Both the position numbers and the translations under genes were made by a program. Source: Promethearchaeota archaeon (GTDB lineage: Archaea > Asgardarchaeota > Lokiarchaeia > Sigyniarchaeales > SOKP01). From it: a DNA stretch of 32,000 nt. Below, piece after piece: positions 1-9,466 of this stretch (within the stretch, counting starts at the first letter, position 1; each line of letters starts with the position of its first letter). Under the pieces are notes generated by a model, which saw nothing but the letters and a program-made list of their open reading frames with translations, had not been told where the DNA came from and searched no databases. The stretch lies in NCBI GenBank assembly GCA_030606485.1, contig JAUWGH010000008.1, positions 60,001 through 92,000 on the forward strand. Direction: 5' to 3'.

Positions 1-2
1 TC

Positions 3-611
3 AAGAGACAAAAGAGGATAAACATAAAATTATGTTTAATATGTTCAATATTCTCTATTATCGGAAGTTTAATCTCTACGATTTTATTTATCATATATCC
101 AATAGATAATTATCTATTGAGGTTGATTTTTGCGTGTGTAATGATATATGTATCAATTAATTTAATATTCAGAAAAGATCCAGCAAATAAAAATAAAAAC
201 TCAAATGAAAGTGAAAATACAAGCGAGAGTTTTTCCCTAGAGTTTAAAAATCATAAAAATTTTTTTAAAAAAGGGATACCCTTATTTATTTTGGCAGGAT
301 TTCTTGCAAATTTATTGGGAATTGGAGGAGGAATTGTTAATACACCAACTTTACATTATATATTTCAATTTCCAATTTATTATGCAACTGCAAATTCAAC
401 AGGAATTATCTTTTTTACTGCAATTTATAATGTAATAGTTAAATCAATGTTGGGAAAGGTTGATTTCATCATGGGAATTCTAATGGGGTCGGGAGGTCTA
501 ATTGGTGCATATTTTGGTGCAAAAATATCTCAAAAAATATCTCGTAAAAACCTTACAATAATATTAGCAATTGTCCTTTTAATGGGCTCAATAAGAATGT
601 TTTTTCCTTAG
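3..611 (+). CDS. Sulfite exporter TauE/SafE family membrane protein (5' partial)
   Basis: The frame of ORF 117..611 stays open to the window edge (KRQKRINIKLCLICSIFSIIGSLISTILF...), so the true start is upstream. Motifs LAGFLANLLGIGGGIVNTP and A.A.S...IFFTA, GGLIGAYFGAKI are typical of TauE/DUF81. Confidence 0.85.
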   Translation, partial: KRQKRINIKLCLICSIFSIIGSLISTILFIIYPIDNYLLRLIFACVMIYVSINLIFRKDPANKNKNSNESENTSESFSLEFKNHKNFFKKGIPLFILAGFLANLLGIGGGIVNTPTLHYIFQFPIYYATANSTGIIFFTAIYNVIVKSMLGKVDFIMGILMGSGGLIGAYFGAKISQKISRKNLTIILAIVLLMGSIRMFFP

Positions 612-693
612 GAATAGAGTTTTCTATATGAATACCATAAAGTACTAATAATATCATAGTTTAATTTCTAATTAAATATAAAAAGTGATTTAA

Positions 694-1524
694 ATGTCCC
701 GCAGGATTGATTTATTAAGACTTGATTACACTTTTTCGGTCATTGTTCCCCTTCTTATCGCAATTTTTATCAATAATTACCTAATTTGGAACCATATCGA
801 TATTATCGTAGGATTTGTAATGTTCGCAATTACGGGTAATACTTGGAATGATGTAGTGGATATGAGAGATCCCAATGAAATAGAGACACTTGAAAGAGTT
901 GAGGGGTATCATTGGAAGGAAATATTTACAATAGGTTTGGTTACATTTGTTATGGGCTTGACATTATTATTAAGGACATGTTTTGAAAAATGGGTCAATG
1001 GAATCCTTCTCATCGTAATAATCACCTTGGTTTTATTATACTGTGTAAAATATAAATCAGTTCCAATATTGAATCACATCTTACTCGGAGCTTCTCACAT
1101 CATATTACCATATTTTATGATAAAAATAGACCATATTGGAATTCCCTTAACCGAACCCCTTATGGGTGATTTTGAATGGTTTTTAATGTTTGCATTCTTT
1201 ACTTTCGCAATAACAGGTCAATTTGTTCATGAGGCAATAGATGGGGATAGTATTACCAGATTTTCTTTAAAAACTCAACAGAAAATAATATGGGTTTCAT
1301 CAATTCTTACACTTATAATAGCAGTCTGTACATTCATTGTTTATCCAATAATCTACTTTTTACCATTTATTCTTTTCCCAATCGGAACTATGTATACATT
1401 TAGACGCCCTACAAAATCCACAAGGGGTGTAAAAGATGTCGGGATATTAATGGGAAATTTCCTTCTTGTTTATTTCATTACCCTAATTATTATGCAAATG
1501 AATGGATTTGTTATTCTTCCCTAA
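694..1524 (+). CDS. UbiA-family prenyltransferase, divergent
   Basis: Polytopic membrane protein with the first Asp-rich motif GNTWNDVVDMRD and a degenerate second motif HEAIDGD. Confidence 0.7.
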   Translation: MSRRIDLLRLDYTFSVIVPLLIAIFINNYLIWNHIDIIVGFVMFAITGNTWNDVVDMRDPNEIETLERVEGYHWKEIFTIGLVTFVMGLTLLLRTCFEKWVNGILLIVIITLVLLYCVKYKSVPILNHILLGASHIILPYFMIKIDHIGIPLTEPLMGDFEWFLMFAFFTFAITGQFVHEAIDGDSITRFSLKTQQKIIWVSSILTLIIAVCTFIVYPIIYFLPFILFPIGTMYTFRRPTKSTRGVKDVGILMGNFLLVYFITLIIMQMNGFVILP

Positions 1525-1688
1525 AATCTATTAACAAGACAAATTAAATCCATTAAAAATAATTTAATTAAATTTATTACCAGAAAAGTGGTATTTTCTA
1601 ACAAATGTTTAAATATTCGAATTTTCATCATATGAATTCGACAGAAATAAAGACATATAAGTTAAAATAAAATGGTGTAAATTATAAA

Positions 1689-2525
1689 TTAGAATTCAAT
1701 CATACCTGATTTTTTTAATAATATTAAACCATCTAAAGTCCATATTGGTCTCCACCAAGGAAAGTTCTGATAGAATATTCTAAGACCACCATCGTCTTGA
1801 AGACCATTAAACCAATTATCTGCTTCATTTTCGATAAACTTTTTATCCACAATATCGAGAGCATAATACCAATGTCGACCAAATAATGGATAACGTTCTT
1901 TATTATTTTCAAAAATACTCGGGAGTTGGGAGATAATATGTTGTAGCATCTTTTTCTCCTCTTTATTTTCTCCTAAGTATTTCAGATATTTAAAAAAAAT
2001 GGAATATTCATAAAATGTAAATTCTTCAGGAAGAGAGCTGTTTGAATAAAAATCTTTAACTTTTTTAAAAAATTCAGCGTCTTTTAACCCCCACTTTTTA
2101 AGAAAGCTTGATAAAGCAAATATTCTTAGCTCATCAGGACCACTCCACCATTCTTGAAATGGATAATTATACATATTTTTAGGAGGATATCTAATATATC
2201 CTTCTTCATTCTGTTCTTTAATAATCCAGTTAAATAATTGATTTGTGATTTCATTATCTATATATTCCAAGAGATCAAGAATATACATTGCAGTTTCAGC
2301 ACCAATCGCAGTACTATCTGGACATAATAAATCTGGTTCAATTCCATTACCAAAGCCTCCATCCAAATTCTGATATGCCACTAAAGCCTTAATCACGTCA
2401 TCTTTATTTCCGTTTTCAAAAAAAAATGAAAATAATTTTCTTTCAAGAAGTCTTCCATTTTTAAAAATGAACTCTTTTATCTTTTTAATCTGTTTTTCAT
2501 CAATAGTTCTCATAAAAAACACCAT
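1689..2525 (-). CDS. Prenyltransferase/squalene-oxidase-repeat-like (alpha-alpha toroid) protein of unknown function
   Basis: QW-like motifs YQNLDGGFGNGIEPD and LQDDGG, plus GRLLER..F and a WW motif near the C-terminus. An alternative start is the ATG at 2513. Confidence 0.6.
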   Translation of the reverse strand: MVFFMRTIDEKQIKKIKEFIFKNGRLLERKLFSFFFENGNKDDVIKALVAYQNLDGGFGNGIEPDLLCPDSTAIGAETAMYILDLLEYIDNEITNQLFNWIIKEQNEEGYIRYPPKNMYNYPFQEWWSGPDELRIFALSSFLKKWGLKDAEFFKKVKDFYSNSSLPEEFTFYEYSIFFKYLKYLGENKEEKKMLQHIISQLPSIFENNKERYPLFGRHWYYALDIVDKKFIENEADNWFNGLQDDGGLRIFYQNFPWWRPIWTLDGLILLKKSGMIEF

Positions 2526-2832
2526 ATCAAATATGTAAAAAAATTAAAAGGGACTAATTAATTATTAATTTTTATTTACAATTCCAATTAAGTTTTTTTA
2601 CTTTTTTTTCTTATTTTTATTATAAAAAATTGGTATTTTTTCTGAGTATTTTCAATCATTAAATTTAGATTTTCGATAAAAAAAGAGATTAAAAGTTTTG
2701 TTTTTTGATCACAATTTAACGAAAAAAGATATACCAAGATTAGTGATAAATAAACAGAAAAAAATACCATAAAAATGGTAATTAAATACAATAATCTTTT
2801 TTAAAAATAATTTTATAATTATTATCATCAAA

Positions 2833-3870
2833 ATGAACTCAGAATTCATTAAAATAGGCAAATTTCAGAAGACAATAAATAATAGCATTACTCAATGTTT
2901 GACATGTGAACATCGATGTAAAATATCTGATGGAAATGTAGGTATATGTAGAACAAGAAAAAATATCAATGGTGAAATTTTCACCACCGTATATGGAAAG
3001 ATTTCATCCCTTTCTTATAACCCAATTGAAAAGAAACCATTTTTCCATTTTCATCCGGGAACCACTGCAATAACTATTGGAACCTTTAGTTGCAACTTTG
3101 ATTGTTTTTGGTGTCAAAATTGGGATATTTCAAAACAAAATCCTGACAATTTTAATTCAAAAAATCTCTTTATTTCTCCTGAGGAATTAATTAAATTAGC
3201 AAAATCACGATTAAGTGAAGGCACTTCAATTTCCTTTAATGAACCAACGTTATTATTTGAGTATTCTTTAGAAGTCTTTAAATTGGCTAAAAAAGAAGGT
3301 CTCTATAATACATATGTTACTAATGGATACATGACCGAAAAGGTTCTTAGATCACTTGCTGAAAATGGTTTAGACGCATTAAATATCGATATTAAGGGAA
3401 ATCAGGAATTTGTTAAGAAATATTGTAAAGTTGATGTTGAGAAAGTGTGGAGAAATGCAAAGTTAGCAAAAGATTTAGGAATGCATATAGAAATTACAAC
3501 ATTAGTTATTCCAGGGATGAATTCTGACCATAACACCTTCAAAGAGATTGCTGAAAGAATAAACAGAGATTTAGGTAATGAAACTCCTTGGCATATAAAT
3601 CGGTTCCTTCCTGCTTATAAATCACTCGAATATGGGGCAAGTAAAAAAACCCCATTGAAAGTGCTCGAAAGTGCATATGAAATAGGAAAAAAAGTCGGAT
3701 TAAATTATGTTTATGTTGGAAATGTTCCTAGTCATAAATATGAAAATACTTATTGTCCAAATTGCGGGAAAATGGTCATTAAAAGATATATATTTGATAT
3801 AAATAAGTTAAATTTAACGAAAGATGGAAAATGTGCTAATTGTAATTATGATCTAAAAATTAAATTATGA
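2833..3870 (+). CDS. amrS: AmmeMemoRadiSam system radical SAM enzyme
   Basis: N-terminal CxxCEHRC...G.CRTR, then PIEKKPFFHFHPG, rSAM motif CNFDCFWCQNWDISK, NEPT, YVYVGNVP, and C-terminal CPNCG...CANC. Confidence 0.92.
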   Translation: MNSEFIKIGKFQKTINNSITQCLTCEHRCKISDGNVGICRTRKNINGEIFTTVYGKISSLSYNPIEKKPFFHFHPGTTAITIGTFSCNFDCFWCQNWDISKQNPDNFNSKNLFISPEELIKLAKSRLSEGTSISFNEPTLLFEYSLEVFKLAKKEGLYNTYVTNGYMTEKVLRSLAENGLDALNIDIKGNQEFVKKYCKVDVEKVWRNAKLAKDLGMHIEITTLVIPGMNSDHNTFKEIAERINRDLGNETPWHINRFLPAYKSLEYGASKKTPLKVLESAYEIGKKVGLNYVYVGNVPSHKYENTYCPNCGKMVIKRYIFDINKLNLTKDGKCANCNYDLKIKL

Positions 3871-3977
3871 AAAATTAGAGAAAATTTAATTAACCCTTTT
3901 TGTGAATAAAGAATAGATTTATTTTAACGTAGGATGTAAGTCTCTATTTTTCTTAAATGAAAAGACTTAATTTAATA

Positions 3978-6173
3978 TTACACATTTTCAGGTTTTTTTC
4001 TCTTATTGTCTTTTAATAGTGTATCAGCTGAGATAAATGAAGTGCTAGTATCATAATACCTTTTCCCCTTTTTTTTCCTTGTTTCATATTCAATTGGAGT
4101 TGATTTAAACCGAACTTTTGATTTTAAATAATATTTGGGATTTAACTCAGATACAAATTGTGATAATCCTGCTGTTTTTTTTCCCTTGAACCCTGAAATA
4201 ACAGAAGGAGATATTAAAAATAACTGATCTTTTGCTCTAGTCATTGCTACATAAAATACTCTACGTTCTTCCTCTAAAGCATCCTCATCACCCACTACTC
4301 TATGAGACGGAAAATAATCTTCGGAGAGCATTGGAATAAAGACAATCCGCCATTCTAGACCTTTTGCACGATGAATAGTTGAAAGAATTAATTTTTTTTC
4401 GATAGTTTTTTTAGAACCCAATAATGTAGTTCTTGAATCTAATTCGGATACATTCAAACTCATTTGTTCCAAAAATTGTTGGATTGTTTTAAAATCAGTA
4501 ACATATAAACTAAGTTGTTTTAAATCATCTAAACGATCATACCAATCAGTATATTTAGATTTTAATGGATCTTCAAGTAATTCAGTAAGATTCAAGATTA
4601 CTTCAGAAGGTTTATCTTCGCGGGAAAGGGCGATTAACTGTTTTATATGAACTCTAAGGTTTCTTAGACCATCTTTTGGAATTCTTTGTCCTTTCAATTT
4701 TCCGGAAAAAAATGTTTTATTTAATATGGCTTCGATGGGACGCTCAGTCTGTGATATGGCACCAAAAATTTTTGAACCAGAGGTTGTGCCAAATCCTGGG
4801 ATCATAGAAAAAATTCGAGACCATGATAACTCATCATAAGGATTCTCAATTATTCTTAGGTGAGCAATCAAATCTTTAATATGCGCCCTTTCAAAAAATG
4901 ATACACCTGATCGTACTTCATACGGTATATTTTTTGCTTGGAGTTCTAATTCAATCTTCATAGAATGAAACCCAGCACGATAAAGGACAGCCATTTCATG
5001 TAATTTAAAACTTTTTGAACGCAATGTTAAAATTTGGTTGGCGATGAATTTTGCTTGATCTTCATCGTCTCCTACATTAACTTGATAAGGCTTTACTCCA
5101 TTACGTCGAGTGGCTCTCATATCTTTATTATATTGCTTTTTATTGTATTGAATTGAATTATTTGCTAGATCAAGAATTTCAGGAATGCTGCGATAATTAT
5201 AAGTGATTTTATAAACTTTACAATTACTTATCTTTTTTGAAAAATTTAAAATATTCTGAAAATTTGCTCCTCGGAATGCGTAAATACTTTGTGCATCATC
5301 TCCAACAGCCATAATATTATGTTCAGAATTTTGTGAAGCTATTTTGTGAATGATATCATCTTGGATATGATTTGTGTCTTGATATTCGTCAACTAAAATA
5401 TATTTTATATTTTTTGCAATTCGTTGAGCAAATGATCTTTCATTTAATAATAGATTCCAATAGACTAATAAATCATCGAAATCAACCAAATTATCTTTTG
5501 CTTTTTTCTTTTTGTATATCTCAAATGTATCATTTAATTTCGTGAGTATTTTATTACTATCAAATTGCTGATATTTCCAGAGTATAACTTCTTGAATAGA
5601 TTTATTACAATTAATCGAATATGATAAGATATTCTTACACATTTTTGAAGTTGGAAAACGTTTTTCAATTTCTTTCACATTTATTTCATCAATTGCCAAC
5701 TTCATAAGTGCATTTGCATCGGATTCATCCATTATTGTATAATTTGGTTTCAAGCTGAGTGTTTTGGTATATATTCGTATAAATCGATTAGCCATGGAAT
5801 GAAAAGTTCCAGCCCATATTCCTTTCGGTTTTTTGCCAAGTAATTTTTCCACACGTTTAATCATTTCTTTAGCTGCTTTATTAGTAAAGGTAACAAGCAT
5901 TATTTCAGAGGGGCGAACTCCATTTAATAATAATCTAGCTACAGAATAAACAATAGTTCTTGTCTTACCTGAACCCGCTCCAGCGATTACTAGCATTGGA
6001 CCTTTAATATTATTTACTATCTCAAGCTGTTCCTCATTTAGCTCTTGTTCAAAATTTATTGTATTGTATTTTTTTATTAGTTCCTTACCATTTACAGAAG
6101 TATCTTCAACCTCCTCGTAAAATTCAAATATGAATTCTTCTGAAAGATCTTTAGATTCCTTGTTTTTACTCAT
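3978..6173 (-). CDS. uvrD: ATP-dependent SF1A DNA helicase, UvrD/PcrA/Rep family
   Basis: Walker A AGAGSGKT, TFTNKAA, DEYQD, VGDDAQSIYAFRGA, NYRS, STIHRAKGLEW and EEERRVFYVAMTRAK. Confidence 0.95.
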   Translation of the reverse strand: MSKNKESKDLSEEFIFEFYEEVEDTSVNGKELIKKYNTINFEQELNEEQLEIVNNIKGPMLVIAGAGSGKTRTIVYSVARLLLNGVRPSEIMLVTFTNKAAKEMIKRVEKLLGKKPKGIWAGTFHSMANRFIRIYTKTLSLKPNYTIMDESDANALMKLAIDEINVKEIEKRFPTSKMCKNILSYSINCNKSIQEVILWKYQQFDSNKILTKLNDTFEIYKKKKAKDNLVDFDDLLVYWNLLLNERSFAQRIAKNIKYILVDEYQDTNHIQDDIIHKIASQNSEHNIMAVGDDAQSIYAFRGANFQNILNFSKKISNCKVYKITYNYRSIPEILDLANNSIQYNKKQYNKDMRATRRNGVKPYQVNVGDDEDQAKFIANQILTLRSKSFKLHEMAVLYRAGFHSMKIELELQAKNIPYEVRSGVSFFERAHIKDLIAHLRIIENPYDELSWSRIFSMIPGFGTTSGSKIFGAISQTERPIEAILNKTFFSGKLKGQRIPKDGLRNLRVHIKQLIALSREDKPSEVILNLTELLEDPLKSKYTDWYDRLDDLKQLSLYVTDFKTIQQFLEQMSLNVSELDSRTTLLGSKKTIEKKLILSTIHRAKGLEWRIVFIPMLSEDYFPSHRVVGDEDALEEERRVFYVAMTRAKDQLFLISPSVISGFKGKKTAGLSQFVSELNPKYYLKSKVRFKSTPIEYETRKKKGKRYYDTSTSFISADTLLKDNKRKKPENV

Positions 6174-6299
6174 TTTTATTTTTAATTAATGCGAAATTTT
6201 TTAATAAATTATTAGTCTGTGAAGATTTGTTAATCATATAATGTTTAATTTAATAAATAATTGGGTTTTATAAATATATTTGATAAGAGGTATTTAAAG

Positions 6300-8378
6300 A
6301 TGACAACAATTTCATTTTGGGGAGGTGTTGGGAAAATTGGAGGCAACAAAATTCTTGTTTCTTCTGAGAATATAAATAAAAAGTCTATTCTACTTGATTT
6401 TGGGAAAGATTTTAGTAAGGAATATCTTGATACATTCTTATCCCCTCGAAAATTCAATCTTATTGAGGATTATATAACTTTAGGGTTTATCCCGGAACCT
6501 AAACCAGGGTCACCGTTTCATGGTCTTTATAGAGAAGATTTATATTATTTTAAGCAAAAAGTAAGAGCTGCTAAAAAAGTAACGAAACTAGGAATAATTG
6601 AATCAGATAATAATAAATTTTTAAATATTCATATTCCTTGTAAAAATATAGAAGTTCTTGAGGCAAAATATTATGGAAATCCACAATTTGGCTACAATAT
6701 TAGTATAGTATTCAGTATTGAGTATGGAGGGATACGAGAAAAAATAAATCTAACACAAAAACATTTAGATAAATTTATTACATTTTTTAAAATTGATGAA
6801 GACAATTTATTTACTCTTATAAAGAAAGCGGGACTTGATGGTGCGGAGGAAATTAAGGAATCATTGAATACAATTATTAAAGCATTTGGAGATAAATTAA
6901 CCAAAATAGACTGTAGTTTTTTTAATGAAAAATGGTATATTTTCAATATTTCAGGTGAAGTTAATAAACAAAAATATGATTATAAGCAAAATTATCAGCG
7001 CAATTATGAAATTTGGAATAAAAGATTTGGTTATGATCCTATAGGTGAGCCCCAAATTAGTCATGTGTTAATAACTCACTCTCACTCTGATCATGTTTCG
7101 GACATAAAGATATTAGATCCCCGAGTGATTAATGTTAGTAGTAAAATCTCTAAGGAATTTCTCGATCATTTTGAATTTATTCAAAGTGATACTTTTACTG
7201 GAATTACTCAATATATGGAGAATTTTATTTTGGTTCCATATAGAGCAGATCTTACTAAACTTAGGAGAGGATATAAAAGAGATATCGAAATAAAAGAGAG
7301 GAGCTTTATTACTTTAAATTCAAATGAAGAATTAACTTTGGATTATTTTTTAGGTGAAAAAAAGGTTTTAGGGGCATTTAAAATAAAGTTTCATGAAGTA
7401 GATCATTCAACCTCTGGAGCTGGAGCATATTTAATTGAAGATATTGAAAATAATAAACGTATAATATATACAGGAGATATTAGAATACATGGGCCATCGA
7501 ATCTAAAACAAAAAACATTAAATTTTATAGAGATTGGAAGAAAATTCGAGTCAGATGTTCTAATATGTGAAGGAACTAATATTAGTAGCTCAAGAGAGAA
7601 GGGAGAGGTTGAAAGTGAGGATATATTAGAAGAGAAAATAACCAAAATAATTGAAGAAACAAATGGTTTAGTTATGTTTGCTTGTTCCTTAAGAGATTTA
7701 AGTCGAATTAATTCATTTTCTAAAGCAGCTAAAAATAATAGAAGAAAATTAGCAATTATGCCAAATACTTATAAATTAATTGAAAGATTAAATTTCGCCT
7801 TAAAAGATAAAAAATATAACATAAAGGGAGATTATTCGAATATTCCACCTTTAGATAAGGATTTAGTTCCTTACATCTCAAGGAAAGGTTGGGGACTATA
7901 TGAGAAAGAAGATTATACATATTCTCCTGCAAGTAAAAATATGTTTGAAGAGGAAACAAAACAAGATTTTGAAATAAATAATCAAGTTAAGCCAATTACC
8001 ATCGACGAAATCGCAAACAATCAAGGATTATACGTAATTTATTTACCTTTCTGGTCGCTTTTTAGTTTGATAGATTTACATCCCGTTCCAGGAAGTGTTT
8101 TCATTCACTCAAAATCGGAACCTTTTGAACCAGAAATGGAATTAGAACATGAAAAGCTAATGAACTGGTTGAAATTGGTCAAAATCGAAGAGAGAAACTT
8201 TTATCAAGTACATTGCTCCGGACATGCAAGAAAAAAAGATTTAGAATATATTATTAATCAAATTAATCCAAAAGTTGTTTTTCCAATTCACACACAATTT
8301 CCTAATTTATTTTTAACATTGAGACTAAATGATATAAAAATTATAATTCCAGAATATGGAAAAAAATATATTATATAA
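6300..8378 (+). CDS. MBL-fold beta-CASP ribonuclease, archaeal RNase J-like, with a large N-domain insertion
   Basis: Probable start is the ATG at 6300 (AAGAGGT upstream), giving MTTISFWGGVGKIGGNKI. Motifs: LLDFG, THSHSDH, DHS, YTGD, CEGT, HCSGHA, FPIH. Confidence 0.85.
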   Translation: MTTISFWGGVGKIGGNKILVSSENINKKSILLDFGKDFSKEYLDTFLSPRKFNLIEDYITLGFIPEPKPGSPFHGLYREDLYYFKQKVRAAKKVTKLGIIESDNNKFLNIHIPCKNIEVLEAKYYGNPQFGYNISIVFSIEYGGIREKINLTQKHLDKFITFFKIDEDNLFTLIKKAGLDGAEEIKESLNTIIKAFGDKLTKIDCSFFNEKWYIFNISGEVNKQKYDYKQNYQRNYEIWNKRFGYDPIGEPQISHVLITHSHSDHVSDIKILDPRVINVSSKISKEFLDHFEFIQSDTFTGITQYMENFILVPYRADLTKLRRGYKRDIEIKERSFITLNSNEELTLDYFLGEKKVLGAFKIKFHEVDHSTSGAGAYLIEDIENNKRIIYTGDIRIHGPSNLKQKTLNFIEIGRKFESDVLICEGTNISSSREKGEVESEDILEEKITKIIEETNGLVMFACSLRDLSRINSFSKAAKNNRRKLAIMPNTYKLIERLNFALKDKKYNIKGDYSNIPPLDKDLVPYISRKGWGLYEKEDYTYSPASKNMFEEETKQDFEINNQVKPITIDEIANNQGLYVIYLPFWSLFSLIDLHPVPGSVFIHSKSEPFEPEMELEHEKLMNWLKLVKIEERNFYQVHCSGHARKKDLEYIINQINPKVVFPIHTQFPNLFLTLRLNDIKIIIPEYGKKYII

Positions 8379-8392
8379 TGAAATTTTTATTT

Positions 8393-9361
8393 CTATTCCT
8401 TTTCTATTTCGAGTGTTTCAATTTTTTCGATTTTTGCTTGAAATCTTGATAAAATAATTGTCGCAATCATAATTGAGATTACTCCTAGAAAGAATAATAT
8501 GTAATTTTGAAAAGTTTGCTGAAATATAAATAATCCTGCAACTAAAGGGATAATCAGATTTATTGTATTTGATATGGGAAATACTAAAACTGCTTTACCT
8601 CTCTGTAATCCTGCTTGAACAAATGTAAATCCAATTATATTAAAAATAATTAATCCCCACCAGCCAATAAACGCCCATATATGGTAAACTTCAAACCAAA
8701 AGATGCCAAAAAAAATTTCAAGGATCCCTAATAGAGGAATTGTAAAAAATACGCCACTATTTAATGTTAATATTAAAGCACCCGAGAGTATTGAACCAAT
8801 TGCAGTTATCATCCCGCCAATTATCATAATTAAAACACTTTCGATACCTTTACCTTTATACTTTAAAGCAACAATGTATAAACATATTGAAATCCCAATT
8901 AATAGTAAGTTAAAAAGAATTAACGATAATGCTATGTTTAAAATCTCAATAAAAATATCAGAAACTTGCGCAAAAGCAATAAGAATTGTGCCCCCAATCA
9001 TTAAAGCAATTGAAGCGATTTCAGTATAACCAATTTTTTCATTCAACTTTTTATAAGCAAAATAAACTAATACAACTAAACCAACGCTTGTTACTGGTTG
9101 TGTAACAACAATTCCCACTAAATTCATAGAAATGAGATATGGTAAATATCCAATGACCCCTAAAAAAAACCCAATTGTCCAATCTCTATTTTTAAAAAAT
9201 GAAATAAATGATTTTACAACACTTTTTACTCCTTGATCAAAGTTGATATCAGGTAATCCTTGTAAAAGTCCTTTCTTATTTAAAATAATAGAATAATTAA
9301 AACAAAAAGCTGCTATAATTGACAAAGTAATTCCTGAAAATATGGTCAAAGGGTCGATCAT
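8393..9361 (-). CDS. DMT-superfamily transporter (EamA/NIPA-like)
   Basis: About 9-10 hydrophobic segments. Patterns: A.CFN..IIL.KKG, W..GF.L...G, VVTQP, L.EK, and AGLQRGKAVLVFPI. Confidence 0.7.
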   Translation of the reverse strand: MIDPLTIFSGITLSIIAAFCFNYSIILNKKGLLQGLPDINFDQGVKSVVKSFISFFKNRDWTIGFFLGVIGYLPYLISMNLVGIVVTQPVTSVGLVVLVYFAYKKLNEKIGYTEIASIALMIGGTILIAFAQVSDIFIEILNIALSLILFNLLLIGISICLYIVALKYKGKGIESVLIMIIGGMITAIGSILSGALILTLNSGVFFTIPLLGILEIFFGIFWFEVYHIWAFIGWWGLIIFNIIGFTFVQAGLQRGKAVLVFPISNTINLIIPLVAGLFIFQQTFQNYILFFLGVISIMIATIILSRFQAKIEKIETLEIEKE

Positions 9362-9466
9362 GATAATTGATAGGGTTGGAATGTTTAAAATATTTTATAA
9401 AAACTCTGAATTGAATAAAATAAAAAAATAGAAAATATTTTAAAATTGGTAAACAAAATATATTCA

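Noticed and set aside
2588-2791. 67-aa intergenic ORF, and the similar ORF at 16034..16249
   Set aside because: Low-complexity F/I/K products of very AT-rich promoter DNA, with no RBS or motif.
4040-4090. NLS-like basic tails (TRKKKGKR in UvrD, KPKRKK in SCP2)
   Set aside because: Lys-rich stretches are expected from AAA-rich codons in a low-GC genome.
6543-7049. Intein as the explanation for the nuclease insert; also considered for the HdrD insert
   Set aside because: There is no C/S start paired with a His-Asn end before C/S/T, and no LAGLIDADG motif. The HdrD insert is a recognisable flavoprotein.
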